Positions 29,520 through 40,369 are shown, counted from the stretch's first letter. The stretch: DNA of 64,000 nucleotides from Acidobacteriota bacterium (GCA_019244185.1 JAFATB010000026.1:128001-192000); one strand, 5' to 3'. Translations and numbers: made by a program. Notes: generated by a model not told the origin, from the sequence alone.

Positions 29520-32500
29520 ATGAAACGGTGCCCTACCATTTGGTCTCGTGCGGTTTGGACCGCACTGCTCGTATCACTGATCGCCGTCGGTGCATATGCG
29601 CAGCTTCAGTCAGGTAACATCTTCGGTACAGTCACAGGAAATGATGGAGCCGCCCTCCCGGGCGTCACTGTCACCCTCTCAGGTATCGGTGCGGCGCAAA
29701 ACACCGTCACCGATTCCGCCGGCCGCTTCCGCTTCATCAACCTCTCCCCCGGAACCTACACGCTCAAGGCAGAACTGGCCGGATACGGCACGGCGACGCG
29801 CAGCGGCGTGACGGTCAACATCGGTCGTAACGCCGAACTGGCGATGACGCTCAATCCGTCCGTGTCGCAGTCGATCACGGTCACGGCCGAAGCGCCTCTC
29901 CTGGACGTGCGCAAGACCGGCACGGGCAACGACGTTCCGCGCGTCGAGCTCGAGAAAATCCCGTCGGCCCGCGACCCGTGGGTCATCCTGCAGCAGACCC
30001 CGGGCGTCACCATGGACCGTAACAACGTCGGTGGTAACGAGTCGGGTCAGCAGTCGGTGTACGTTTCGAAGGGCACGATCGGCACGCAGTCGACGTGGAA
30101 CGTTGACGGTGTCAACATCACCGACTTCGCCGCCACCGGTTCTTCGCCGTCGTACTACGACTTCGACTCGTTCGAAGAAATGCAGATCACGACGGGTGGT
30201 TCGGACCCGCGCATCATGACCCCGGGCGTCCAGCTCAACATGGTCACCAAGCGCGGCACGAACGACTTCAGCGGTTCCGCGCGGTACTTCCGCACGGACG
30301 GCGCCTGGCAGGCGGATCCCCGCGTTCCGGCCGAGGCGACCGCGTATCTCCCGCGTGTCAACGAGATCAACGGCATCAGCGATGCCGGCGGTGACATCAG
30401 CGGTCCGATCATTCGCGACAAGCTGTGGCTGTGGGCTGCCTACGGCAAGCAGAACATCAACATCCTGTCGGCCGCGATCATCGCGGGCGCTCGCTTCCAG
30501 GACAAGACGCTCCTCCGCAACGAGAACGTCAAACTGAACGCGCAGCCGTTCGCCTCGAACAGCCTCACCCTCGTCGACCAGTTCGGTGAGAAGATCAAGA
30601 AGGGCCGCAACGTCGGTCCGACGCGTCTTCCGGAAACCGCCTGGAACCAGGGCAACATCTATGACAACGGCACGGGCAGCCTGACCGACCCGACGCTGTG
30701 GAAGATCGAAGACACGCAGCTCTTCGGACCGAACTTCTACCTCACCGGCATGTACTCGAAGGTCCAGGGCGGTTTCGGCCTCATCGCCGACAACGGCCAG
30801 GGCTGCACGACGTTCGAGTGCGGCGCTGCCGGCCCGGTGGCCAAGTTCAACGAAGCGATCGGCGCGTGGCAGGACAGCTACGTCAGCATCGACTCGCTCC
30901 GTCCGCAGACGCAGTATCGTTTGGACGGTTCGGCGTTCGCCAACACGGGCGCGATGAGCCACGAGTTCAAGTTCGGCTGGGGCTATCGCGAAGCGAAAGT
31001 CACCTCTGACTCCGTCTGGCCGGGTGGCGAATACACCGACCTGTACTCCCTCGTCGGCGGTACGGACCAGGTGCTGTTCACCCGCTTCCCGCTCCTCACG
31101 TTCTCCGCGAAGTCGACCGACGCGTACATCGGCGACACGATGCTCCTCGGCAACCTGACCCTCCAGGCCGCTCTCCGTTACGACCTGCAGAAGGGTGCCA
31201 ACTCCGCCGGCGTCTCGCCTGCGAACTCCGTCGTTCCTGAAATTCTCCCGACCGTCAACTTCCCCGCGGCCAGCGGCCTGTCGTGGGACAACATCTCGCC
31301 CCGCCTCGGTCTCACCTACGCTCTCGGCGCGGATCGCCGCACGCTGCTGCGTGCCGGCTACAACCGCTACGTCAACCAGCTCAACTCCGGTGCAGTCACC
31401 CCGACGTCCCCCGGTGCGTACTCCCGCGTTCTGTACTACTTCAATGACCTGAACCACGATCAGGTCGCGCAGCACAACGAGATCGACTTCGACTACGGTC
31501 CGCTCTTCTTCGATGGATTCGATCCGGCGAACCCCGGTGCCGCCGGCACCGCGTTCACCCGCTGGGATCCGGACCTGAAGGCGCCGATCACGGACGAAAT
31601 CCTCCTCGGCGGCGAGCGCGAAGTGCTCACCAACTTCAGCGTCGGCCTCAACCTCACGTACCGCAAGCTGAAAGACTTCGTCGGCACCTACAACGAGAAG
31701 CACCAGGGTCAGGGTGACTTCTACACGGCGGCCGACTACGTGCAGCGCCACACCAGCGGCACCCTGAACAACAACGTCCCCACGTCGCCGTTCGCGGGTA
31801 CGCCGTTCGACGTCACGTACTACGAACTGGCCGCCGGCGTTCCGCTCCCGGTCTACAGCGTCATCCGCAACATCCCTGACTACGAGCAGACGTACAAGGG
31901 CGCTGAGCTCAACCTCATCAAGCGCATGTCCAACCGCTGGATGATGCGCGGCAACGTGACCCTCCAGGACTGGACGCAGGATTCCGGCGCGAACACGTCG
32001 GCTGACCCGAGCCGCGCTCGTGCGGCCAATGCGTTCACGGCCTGCCTCACCTGCAACGGCGCGGTCATCTATCAGTCGACCGGTTCGGGCAGCAAGGGCA
32101 ACGTCTACATCAACTCGAAGTGGTCGACGAGCCTCACCGGCCTCTATCAGATCCCGGTCGTCGAGACCTCGCTCGGCTTCAACCTGAACTCGCGTCAGGG
32201 CTACGCCCTCCCGTACGTGTATGCGGTTCGTACTCGTGAAGGCACGAAGAACATCATCGCGACCGACGAGGTCGACTCCGAGCGCCTCCCGAACGTCACG
32301 CAGCTCGACATGAACCTGTCGAAGGACTTCCGCTTCCGTGGCCTCGGCTTCACGGTTTCGGTCGACGCGTTCAACGTGCTCAACAAGAACACGGTCCTGC
32401 AGCGCAACGCCGGCGCCGAGAACGCCAACGCGTTCAACAGCGCGAGTCCGACGGGCAGCGCTCTGAACACGTCCACCACCACCGGTCGTGTGGTCGAAGT

Positions 32501-32546
32501 GCTCTCGCCGCGCGTGTTCCGCATCGGCGCCCGCTTCTCCTTCTAA
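29520..32546 (+). CDS. Oar-like TonB-dependent outer-membrane receptor with N-terminal carboxypeptidase-regulatory-like domain
   Basis: RBS AAAGGAG, signal peptide, GAALPGVTVTL, SARDPW, VDGVNIT, NMVTKRGTN, SPRLGLTY, C-terminal GARFSF. Confidence 0.9.
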   Translation: MKRCPTIWSRAVWTALLVSLIAVGAYAQLQSGNIFGTVTGNDGAALPGVTVTLSGIGAAQNTVTDSAGRFRFINLSPGTYTLKAELAGYGTATRSGVTVNIGRNAELAMTLNPSVSQSITVTAEAPLLDVRKTGTGNDVPRVELEKIPSARDPWVILQQTPGVTMDRNNVGGNESGQQSVYVSKGTIGTQSTWNVDGVNITDFAATGSSPSYYDFDSFEEMQITTGGSDPRIMTPGVQLNMVTKRGTNDFSGSARYFRTDGAWQADPRVPAEATAYLPRVNEINGISDAGGDISGPIIRDKLWLWAAYGKQNINILSAAIIAGARFQDKTLLRNENVKLNAQPFASNSLTLVDQFGEKIKKGRNVGPTRLPETAWNQGNIYDNGTGSLTDPTLWKIEDTQLFGPNFYLTGMYSKVQGGFGLIADNGQGCTTFECGAAGPVAKFNEAIGAWQDSYVSIDSLRPQTQYRLDGSAFANTGAMSHEFKFGWGYREAKVTSDSVWPGGEYTDLYSLVGGTDQVLFTRFPLLTFSAKSTDAYIGDTMLLGNLTLQAALRYDLQKGANSAGVSPANSVVPEILPTVNFPAASGLSWDNISPRLGLTYALGADRRTLLRAGYNRYVNQLNSGAVTPTSPGAYSRVLYYFNDLNHDQVAQHNEIDFDYGPLFFDGFDPANPGAAGTAFTRWDPDLKAPITDEILLGGEREVLTNFSVGLNLTYRKLKDFVGTYNEKHQGQGDFYTAADYVQRHTSGTLNNNVPTSPFAGTPFDVTYYELAAGVPLPVYSVIRNIPDYEQTYKGAELNLIKRMSNRWMMRGNVTLQDWTQDSGANTSADPSRARAANAFTACLTCNGAVIYQSTGSGSKGNVYINSKWSTSLTGLYQIPVVETSLGFNLNSRQGYALPYVYAVRTREGTKNIIATDEVDSERLPNVTQLDMNLSKDFRFRGLGFTVSVDAFNVLNKNTVLQRNAGAENANAFNSASPTGSALNTSTTTGRVVEVLSPRVFRIGARFSF

Positions 32547-32568
32547 GTCGTATCCACGCAGTCACACG

Positions 32569-32600
32569 AACCCGCTGGGGGCAACCCCAGCGGGTTTTTT
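32569..32600 (+). terminator. Rho-independent terminator
   Basis: aacccgctgggg-gcaa-ccccagcgggtt plus T-tract. Confidence 0.9.
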
Positions 32601-32706
32601 GTTGCTCTCGCCGCCGCGGCACGCGCTGGAAGAGACAGCCACCCCTCCGCGTTGTCAGCACGGACGCGCGCGGCTCGCGCACGACACACCAACATCAGGA
32701 GACGGC

Positions 32707-33768
32707 ATGCGGAAGCTCACTCTCATCATCACGATCGCGCTGTCGATCGTCGTCGCCGCGGTTGCGACCGCGCAGGTCCGGGGACATGGTCGCCTTCAGG
32801 GCATCGTCACCGACAAAGCCACCGGTAAACCGGTCGCCGGTGCGAAGGTCACGGTCAGCGCCGCCGATCAGGAAACGCAGCCGATCGTCACCAAGACCGA
32901 CTCGCGCGGACACTGGTCCGCCCTCGGCCTCGTCGGCGGCACCTGGAACATCGACATCGTCGCCGACGGCTACGACACCACGCGCGGCTCCGCGAGCGTC
33001 AGCGAAATGACGATGTCGCCGCTCATCAAGACGGCCATGGCTCCCGCGGTCCAGCAGGAGCAGCAGCCCGAGATGGCGCCCGTGGCCAACCCGATCATTC
33101 CGGAGGAAGCCGTCAACGCGATCAACGCGGGACAGGAACTGCTCAAGGTGAAAGCGGGCGACACCGTCACCGGTGCCGACAACTCGCAGCACGCCGCCAC
33201 CGCCGACGAAGTCAAGGCGAACGCCGCGCAGGCCGTCACGCAGTTCGAGAAGGCCATCTCGCTGCTTCCCACCGACAAGGAAGAAGCGCAGAAGGTGCGC
33301 CTGCAGCTGATGGGCGTCATGTCGCGTGCGTACTACAACGCCGGCGATCTGCCGAAGGCGATCTCCACGCTCGAACAGCTCAACGCCGCCGATCCGTCCG
33401 ATCCGAACGCCGGCGCGCGCAAGCTCCTCCTCGTGAACCTCTACCTCGAGAACCACGACCTCGAGAAGGGCCGCACGCTGCTCGAGCAGGTTCCTGCCGG
33501 CACGGTCACCGATCCGACGATCTACATGAACATCGGCATTCTGTTCCTCAATCAGCAGAAGCCGGCCGACGCGCTCAAGTACTTCAGCGACGCGGTGAAG
33601 CTCGACGCGAAGAACGCGGCCGCGTACTACTACCGCGGTCTCGCGGAAGTGCAGCTGAAGAAGGTCGCCGACGCGCGGACCGACTTCCAGCAGGTGATCG
33701 CGCTCTCACCCGATTCGTCCGAGGCGCGTGATTCGAAGCAGATGCTCGACGCGCTCAGTCACAGCTGA
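32707..33768 (+). CDS. Secreted carboxypeptidase-regulatory-like domain plus TPR protein
   Basis: Signal peptide; GRLQGIVTD..GKPVAGAKV..TDSRGHW; C-terminal TPRs. Confidence 0.85.
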   Translation: MRKLTLIITIALSIVVAAVATAQVRGHGRLQGIVTDKATGKPVAGAKVTVSAADQETQPIVTKTDSRGHWSALGLVGGTWNIDIVADGYDTTRGSASVSEMTMSPLIKTAMAPAVQQEQQPEMAPVANPIIPEEAVNAINAGQELLKVKAGDTVTGADNSQHAATADEVKANAAQAVTQFEKAISLLPTDKEEAQKVRLQLMGVMSRAYYNAGDLPKAISTLEQLNAADPSDPNAGARKLLLVNLYLENHDLEKGRTLLEQVPAGTVTDPTIYMNIGILFLNQQKPADALKYFSDAVKLDAKNAAAYYYRGLAEVQLKKVADARTDFQQVIALSPDSSEARDSKQMLDALSHS

Positions 33769-33788
33769 CGCGCTCACGCGTCTGACTC

Positions 33789-36029
33789 GTGCGCATGTCC
33801 TTCCAGCGGTTCCCACGCTCCATCAGGGCGGTCGTTTCCACGGCCGCCCTGATGTTCGTTACGCTCTCCTGCGGGCGCCGTGCGGCGATCCCCGCGCCGT
33901 CGCGCCAGACGCCGGTCATCCTGATCTCGATCGATACGCTGCGGTCCGATCACCTGCCTGCATACGGCTACAAGAGCGTCGAGACGCCCGCCATCGACGC
34001 GCTGCGCGCCGACTCGATCCTCTATCGCCGCGCGTACAGCCACACGCCGCTCACGTTTCCGTCGCACGTCTCGATCCTCACCGGCATGCTGCCGGCGGAC
34101 AACGGCGTGCGCGACAACGTCGGCTACCGCGTGTCTCCCTCCGCGCAGATGGTGCAGGAGGTGCTCAAGAAGAACGGCTACGTGACGGGCGGCGCGATCT
34201 CCGCGTTCGTGCTGCGTCACGAGACGCTGCTCTCGCGCGGCTTCGACTTCTTCGACGACGCCGTGCAGCCGGTGAACGGGCAGATCGCCATCGGACGCGT
34301 GCAGCGCACCGGCGGTGAGACGCTCGCGGCCGGCAAGCCGTGGATCGACGCACATATCAACAAGCCGTTCTTCTTCTTCCTGCACCTCTACGATCCGCAC
34401 ACGCCGTACACGCCGCCCGAGCCGTACTTCTCGCGTTACACGAATCACTACGACGGCGAGATCGCGTACTCCGACTCGCTCGTCGGTGAGCTGATCGCAG
34501 ACCTCAAGCAGAAGGGCGTCTACGACAAGGCGCTCATCATCCTGCTTTCCGATCACGGCGAAGGTCTCAACGAGCATGGCGAGGAGGAGCACGGCTTCTT
34601 CCTCTATCGCGAGGCCATCCAGGTGCCGCTGCTCGTCAAGCTGCCGAACTCCGCGCGCGGCGGCACCAGCGTCGACGCGCCGGTGCAGCTCGTCGACGTC
34701 TTCCCGACCATCGTCGAGCGCACCGCCAGCGCGATGCCGCCGGGCAATCATCCAGGACAGTCGCTGCTCGCGTTCCTCGACAAGAACGCGCCGTCGCGGC
34801 AGATCTACTCGGAGACGTACTACGGCCGCTTCCACTTCGGCTGGAGCGAGCTGCATTCGCTGATCAGCGGCAACGATCACTACATCCGCGCGCCGCAGCC
34901 CGAGCTCTACGACCTCGACAAAGACCCGGGCGAGAAGCACAACGCGATCGAGGAGAACCGCCGCGCGTACGTGCGTCTGCGCGCCGCGATCGAGCCGCTC
35001 ATCAAAGAGCCGGAAGCCCCGTCGAACGTCGACTCCGAAACGAAGGCGAAGCTCGCCGCGCTCGGCTACATCGGCTCGACCGTGCAGACCGCGAAAGGGC
35101 AGGCGCTGCCCGATCCGAAGACGAAGATGGGCGAGTTCCACGACGTGCGGCTCGCGTACACGTACTTCGAGAACAACAACCCGCAGGAAGCGCTCAACAT
35201 CACGCAGCGGCTGCTGAAGAACAATCCCGAGCTCGTGGACATGTGGGATCTGCAGGCCAAGATCCTCTTCAAGCTCAACCGCCGCCAGGATGCGCTCGAA
35301 ACGGCGAAGGAAGGACTGCGTCATTCGCCGATGGCGATCACGCTGCTCTTCAATGTCGCGGACATCGCGCTCGCGCTCAACGATCTCGACACCGCGCAGA
35401 AGCATCTCGAGATCGCCGAGAAGATCGAGCCGGGCCAGGCGCACGAGACGCTCGCGCGCGTCTGGCTGCTGCGCGGCAACCAGCAGAAGGGCGAAGAGGA
35501 AGCGAAGCTCGCGCTGCAGACGCATCAGATCCCGACGAAAGCGCTGATGATCCTCGGCTCCATCGAGATGGACCGCCAGCATTACGAGAAGGCGCTCGAG
35601 TACTACCGGCAGGCGGGAGCGGGGGAGAAGCGCTGGACCGGGAAGCCGGTCGAGAACCTGCACGCGAACAGCGGCGACGCGCTGGCACGCCTCGGACGCA
35701 ACGACGAAGCGGAGCGCGAGTTCCGCGCGGAGCTCGTCGACTTTCCGAAGAACGCGCGCGCGTACTCGTCCCTCATCGTGCTGCTCGTGACGGAGCGCCG
35801 CACCGACGAGGCCACGCGGCTCGTCTTCGACGCGATCAAAGCCAATCCGACGCCCAACATGTACGAGGTCATCTCCGAGACGCTGAAGGCGATCGGCGAT
35901 GATCGCGGCGCGATGTTCTGGGCGTATCAGGGCATCCAGAAGTTTCCGCAGGACGCCGAGCTGCGGCGGCTGCCGCAACGCCTCGAGCGCGTCACGCCGC
36001 TGCTGCGAGAGCACATGCGCACGAACTGA
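33789..36029 (+). CDS. Sulfatase-like (alkaline phosphatase superfamily) plus TPR protein, probable lipoprotein
   Basis: LSC lipobox-like; ISIDTLRSD, LTFPSH, HLYDPH, YDGEI, SDHGE, LAALGY; TPRs. Confidence 0.88.
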   Translation: MRMSFQRFPRSIRAVVSTAALMFVTLSCGRRAAIPAPSRQTPVILISIDTLRSDHLPAYGYKSVETPAIDALRADSILYRRAYSHTPLTFPSHVSILTGMLPADNGVRDNVGYRVSPSAQMVQEVLKKNGYVTGGAISAFVLRHETLLSRGFDFFDDAVQPVNGQIAIGRVQRTGGETLAAGKPWIDAHINKPFFFFLHLYDPHTPYTPPEPYFSRYTNHYDGEIAYSDSLVGELIADLKQKGVYDKALIILLSDHGEGLNEHGEEEHGFFLYREAIQVPLLVKLPNSARGGTSVDAPVQLVDVFPTIVERTASAMPPGNHPGQSLLAFLDKNAPSRQIYSETYYGRFHFGWSELHSLISGNDHYIRAPQPELYDLDKDPGEKHNAIEENRRAYVRLRAAIEPLIKEPEAPSNVDSETKAKLAALGYIGSTVQTAKGQALPDPKTKMGEFHDVRLAYTYFENNNPQEALNITQRLLKNNPELVDMWDLQAKILFKLNRRQDALETAKEGLRHSPMAITLLFNVADIALALNDLDTAQKHLEIAEKIEPGQAHETLARVWLLRGNQQKGEEEAKLALQTHQIPTKALMILGSIEMDRQHYEKALEYYRQAGAGEKRWTGKPVENLHANSGDALARLGRNDEAEREFRAELVDFPKNARAYSSLIVLLVTERRTDEATRLVFDAIKANPTPNMYEVISETLKAIGDDRGAMFWAYQGIQKFPQDAELRRLPQRLERVTPLLREHMRTN

Positions 36030-36043
36030 TCGTGCATCCGAAG

Positions 36044-38161
36044 ATGGCAGCTCGCAAATCGCGCATCGTCCTCGTTTCCGTCGTCGCGGTCGTGCTCGTC
36101 GCGGCCGCGGCGGCCTGGTTCGTCGTGAAGCGTCATGCCGCGAGCGGCGGCGGTGCCGGCGCGTTCTTCGGCGGACACAGCGGCCCCGCGCGCGACATCA
36201 TCCTCGTCACCATCGACACGACGCGCGCGGACGCGCTCGGCTACGCCGGCAACACCACCGTCCGCACGCCGTTCCTCGACTCGCTCGCGGCGAAGGGCCT
36301 CGTGTTCACGAACGCGCACGCGCACAACGTGATCACGCTGCCGTCCCACATCAACATCTTGACCGGTTTGTATCCGTACCAGCACGGCGTGCGCGAGAAC
36401 GCCGGCTTCACGCTCGACGCCTCGCACGCCACCGTCGCCACGATGCTGCGCAAGGCCGGCTACGCGACCGGCGCGTTCGTCGGCGCGTTTCCGCTCGACG
36501 CGCGCTTCGGACTCAATCAGGGCTTCGACGTGTACGACGACAACTACGGCAAAGGACAGGCGACCGTCGACTTCGTCGTGCAGGAGCGACCCGCGAGCGC
36601 CGTGCTCGCCGCGGCCACGGACTGGTGGCGGCGCAACGAAGGGAAGAAGCGCTTCATGTGGGTCCACTGCTACGACCCGCACGCGCCGTATCTGCCGCCC
36701 GAGCCGTACCGCACGGAGTTCCGCGGACATCCGTATCTCGGCGAGATCTCGTACGTCGACGCGCAGCTCTCCGAGGCGCTGACGCCGATCCTCACGGCGA
36801 ATCCCGACGCGCTCGTCATCGTCACCGCCGATCACGGCGAGTCGCTCGGCGAGCACGGCGAGCGCACGCACGGACTGTTCGCCTATGAAGTCACGCTGAA
36901 GATTCCGCTGCTCCTCGCGCGCGGCGGCGTCGCGCACCGCGTCGTCTCCGACTACGTGCGCCACATCGACATCGTGCCCACGATCCTCGACTCCGCCGGC
37001 GTCGCCGCGCCGAAAGAACTGCTCGGACGCTCGCTGCTGCGGAGCGGCGCCGCGACCGACACGTACTTCGAGTCGCTGTCGACGTCGATCAACCGCGGCT
37101 GGGCGCCGCTCACCGGCGTCATCCACAGCGGCCTGAAGTACATTCAGGTGCCGATCACCGAGCTGTACGACCTGCAGTCCGATCCGCACGAGCAGACCAA
37201 CGTCGCCGGCGACCGCCGTCGCGACGTCGAGGCCGCGCGAAAGATTCTGGCGTCGCTCGCGAGCAGCGCGCCCGCGCCGTCGCGCAACGTTTCGAGCGAA
37301 GAGATCGCGCGGCTGCGCAGCCTCGGCTACATCACCGGCTCCGCGGAGACGAAGGACCACTACACCGCCGCAGACGATCCGAAGACGCTCGTGCACCTCG
37401 ACTCGAAGATGCACGACGCGGTCGATGCGTTCGAGCGCGGGCAAGCCGAGCGCGGCCTCTCGCTCGCGCGCGAAGTGGTCGCCGAGCGTCCGACCATGAG
37501 CGCGGGCCGCGAGTTGCTCGCGTTCATGCTGCAGCAGAACGATCGCGTCGCCGAGGCCATCGAACAGCTCGAGGTGCTGACGCGCGATCCGCACGTGAGC
37601 GACGACGACCGCACGCAGCTCGCGTTGCTGTATTGCGAGACCGGGCAGCCGAAGAAAGCGGTCGCGCTGCTCGAGCCGCACAGCAAGACGGACAATCCCG
37701 ATCTGCTCAACACGTATGGCGTCGCGCTGTCCGATGACCGCCAGGTCGAGCCCGCGCGGCAGCAGTTCGAGCGCGCGCTCGCGATCGATCCGAACAACGC
37801 GCCGGCGCTGCAGAACCTCGGCATCCTCGCGCTGCGCATGGACGACGTGCCCACCGCGCGCAACTATCTCGGCCGCGCGCTCGAGCTCAATCCGAAGCTG
37901 CCGCTCGCGCTGAACACGCTCGGCGTCGTGTACGCGCGCGAGAACGACTTCCAGCACGCCGTGGAGATGTGGCAGCGCGCCGTCGACGTCGATCCGCGCC
38001 AGTACGACGCGCTCTACAACATCGGCATGGTGGCCGTGCAGGCGCGCAACGCGCCGGCCGCGCGTCAGGCGCTCACGCGCTTCGTCAACACCGCGCCGCC
38101 GTCGCAATACGCGAACGACATCGCCTCCGCGCGTCGCATCCTCGCGACGATGCCGCACTGA
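36044..38161 (+). CDS. Sulfatase-like plus TPR protein with N-terminal membrane anchor
   Basis: VTIDTTRAD, ITLPSH, HCYDPH, ADHGE, LRSLGY; about 5 TPRs. Confidence 0.88.
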   Translation: MAARKSRIVLVSVVAVVLVAAAAAWFVVKRHAASGGGAGAFFGGHSGPARDIILVTIDTTRADALGYAGNTTVRTPFLDSLAAKGLVFTNAHAHNVITLPSHINILTGLYPYQHGVRENAGFTLDASHATVATMLRKAGYATGAFVGAFPLDARFGLNQGFDVYDDNYGKGQATVDFVVQERPASAVLAAATDWWRRNEGKKRFMWVHCYDPHAPYLPPEPYRTEFRGHPYLGEISYVDAQLSEALTPILTANPDALVIVTADHGESLGEHGERTHGLFAYEVTLKIPLLLARGGVAHRVVSDYVRHIDIVPTILDSAGVAAPKELLGRSLLRSGAATDTYFESLSTSINRGWAPLTGVIHSGLKYIQVPITELYDLQSDPHEQTNVAGDRRRDVEAARKILASLASSAPAPSRNVSSEEIARLRSLGYITGSAETKDHYTAADDPKTLVHLDSKMHDAVDAFERGQAERGLSLAREVVAERPTMSAGRELLAFMLQQNDRVAEAIEQLEVLTRDPHVSDDDRTQLALLYCETGQPKKAVALLEPHSKTDNPDLLNTYGVALSDDRQVEPARQQFERALAIDPNNAPALQNLGILALRMDDVPTARNYLGRALELNPKLPLALNTLGVVYARENDFQHAVEMWQRAVDVDPRQYDALYNIGMVAVQARNAPAARQALTRFVNTAPPSQYANDIASARRILATMPH

Positions 38162-38263
38162 GACAAACCGTTTCAGCAGTGTGACCACCGTGTCGCGCGA
38201 GCGCGATAACGTAAGCGGCACCGCGTTCCCCGAAGTGCAACGCCTGTTTTGCGAAGGAGGATC

Positions 38264-40369
38264 ATGCGCGCGAACTCTCGTCTCACATCATTGCTGCTCA
38301 CGCTCGCGCTGCACGGCACCGTGCTGGTGCCGGCGCAGGCGCAGGCGATCCGTGCCGACGAGTCCGTGCAGGTCAACCTCGTGGAAGTGCCCGTCACCGT
38401 GCTCACGTCCGACGGGCAGCCGGTGCGCGATCTCACCAAAGACAACTTCGAGGTCTACGACCAGGGCCACAGGAAAGAGATCACGAACTTCGAGATGATC
38501 GACGTCGCGGCGCGTGTACACGAGCCGGCGCTCGAGCATGCCGAGATCAGCAGCGCGGCCGCGCGCAACTTCCTGATCCTCTTCGACCTCGGCAACTCCG
38601 AGCCGGCATCGCTCATCCGCGCGCGCGGCGCCGCGCACGAGTTCGTGAACCGGCAGGTGGTGCCGCGCGACCGCGTCGCCGTCGCCACCATCGCACCGCA
38701 GCAGGGCTTTCGCATCGTCGCGAATTTCTCCACCGATCGAAAGCTCGCGTCGTCGGCCATCGACGCGCTCGGCCTTCCGCAACTGCAGATGGCGGGCGAT
38801 CCGCTGCTCATCACGGTCAAAGACCTCGGCCTCTGGCGCGACAACGCTCCCGCGCCGCCGAGCGATGGACGCCGCGTGAACCCCGAAGCGGAGGCGGAGG
38901 CGATCCTCAAGGAGACCGCGCAGCTGTCCCGCCATCAAGCCGATCAGGCGCAGCGTGAGTACGTGAAGCGGGAGCTCGAAGAGTTCTCCGCGATGGGCGC
39001 GGCGCTCGACCGCATTCCCGGCCGCAAGCAGGTCATCCTGCTCAGCGAAGGCTTCGATCCGAAAGTGCTGCAGGGACACGCGAACGCGCCGTCCGAGGAG
39101 ACGCGCGCGGAGCAGGATGCCGCGGAGTCGGGCGAGATCTGGAAGATCGACAACGACGCGCGCTTCGGCAGCAGCTCGAGCCGCGGCGACCTCGGCGCGA
39201 TGGTCGATGCGCTCCGCCGCTCCGACGTCGTGCTCAGTGCCATTGATATCAAAGGATTGCGCGGCAACACCGACGCCACGGCCGTGAATCAGGGCAGCGT
39301 CACGAAGAGCAACGACGCGCTCTACCTCCTCACGAACGACACCGGCGGCATCGTCTTCCGCAACACGAACGATCTCGCAGGCAACTTCAGCCAGTGGCTG
39401 AAGTCGCAGGAAGTCACGTACGTGCTCGCGTTCAACGGCGCGACGACGCAGCCCGGCGCGTTCCACAACCTGCGCGTGAAGCTCGTCAACGCGCCGAAAG
39501 CGCGCGTGAGCTATCGCCCCGGCTACTACGAGCCGCGTCCGGTGACGTCGGACGTCGACCGCATGCTCACCGCGGGCGAGATCATCATGAACGCCATTCC
39601 GGTCGCCGACGTCAGCGTGCGCGCGCTGGCCGCGCCGATTCCGCGCAACGAACGCGCGGAAGTGCCGATCGTGGTCGAGACGGACGGCAACAGTCTGCTC
39701 GCGGGCGTCACCGGGCCGGCGGTGTTCGAAGAGTTCTACGTTTACGCGTTCGACGCCAAGGAGATCATCGCCGACTACGCGCATCAGCGCATGAGTCTCG
39801 AGCTCGCGAAAGTGCGCGATCGCGTCGCGGCCGCGGGCGTGAAGCTCTACGCGACGCTCGACCTGCCACCCGGCGACTACAACGTGCGCGTGCTCGTCGT
39901 CGCGAACGGCTCGCGCAACGGCTTCACGAGCATCCCCGTGCATGTGCCGCGCGCGGACGAGCCGTATGCCGTCGGCGCGATCAACGATCCGCGCCCGTGG
40001 GTGATGGTGAAGGCGGCGGACAAGCAGCAGAACCGCGCGTATCCGTTCGCGCTCGGCGACAAGACGCTCGTCCCCGCGGCGCAGCCGTCGCTCGCGCGCG
40101 GCGCCACGTACGACGTCGAAGTCGTGACGCACGGCCTGAGCGCCGAGGGGTTGCAGGTCGAGGCGCACGTCGAGGATGCGGCGGGCAACGCGTCGCCGGC
40201 GACGCTGACGCTCGCCGGACGCACGAATCCCGACGAACAGGGGAACGTGAAGCTGTTGTTCAGGTTCGCGCCGCAACTGGCGAGCGGCCGGTACTCGCTC
40301 ACGATCGCGCTGCACGGCGGCGCGAGCGCCGCGGCCGCGCACGTCCAATTGCCGTTCACCGTTCAGTAG
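38264..40369 (+). CDS. Secreted VWA-domain protein (acidobacterial type), paralog 1
   Basis: VNLVEVPVTV..PVRDLTKDNFEVYDQG, FDLGNS, GRKQVILLSEG, DTGG, RPGYY. Confidence 0.85.
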   Translation: MRANSRLTSLLLTLALHGTVLVPAQAQAIRADESVQVNLVEVPVTVLTSDGQPVRDLTKDNFEVYDQGHRKEITNFEMIDVAARVHEPALEHAEISSAAARNFLILFDLGNSEPASLIRARGAAHEFVNRQVVPRDRVAVATIAPQQGFRIVANFSTDRKLASSAIDALGLPQLQMAGDPLLITVKDLGLWRDNAPAPPSDGRRVNPEAEAEAILKETAQLSRHQADQAQREYVKRELEEFSAMGAALDRIPGRKQVILLSEGFDPKVLQGHANAPSEETRAEQDAAESGEIWKIDNDARFGSSSSRGDLGAMVDALRRSDVVLSAIDIKGLRGNTDATAVNQGSVTKSNDALYLLTNDTGGIVFRNTNDLAGNFSQWLKSQEVTYVLAFNGATTQPGAFHNLRVKLVNAPKARVSYRPGYYEPRPVTSDVDRMLTAGEIIMNAIPVADVSVRALAAPIPRNERAEVPIVVETDGNSLLAGVTGPAVFEEFYVYAFDAKEIIADYAHQRMSLELAKVRDRVAAAGVKLYATLDLPPGDYNVRVLVVANGSRNGFTSIPVHVPRADEPYAVGAINDPRPWVMVKAADKQQNRAYPFALGDKTLVPAAQPSLARGATYDVEVVTHGLSAEGLQVEAHVEDAAGNASPATLTLAGRTNPDEQGNVKLLFRFAPQLASGRYSLTIALHGGASAAAAHVQLPFTVQ

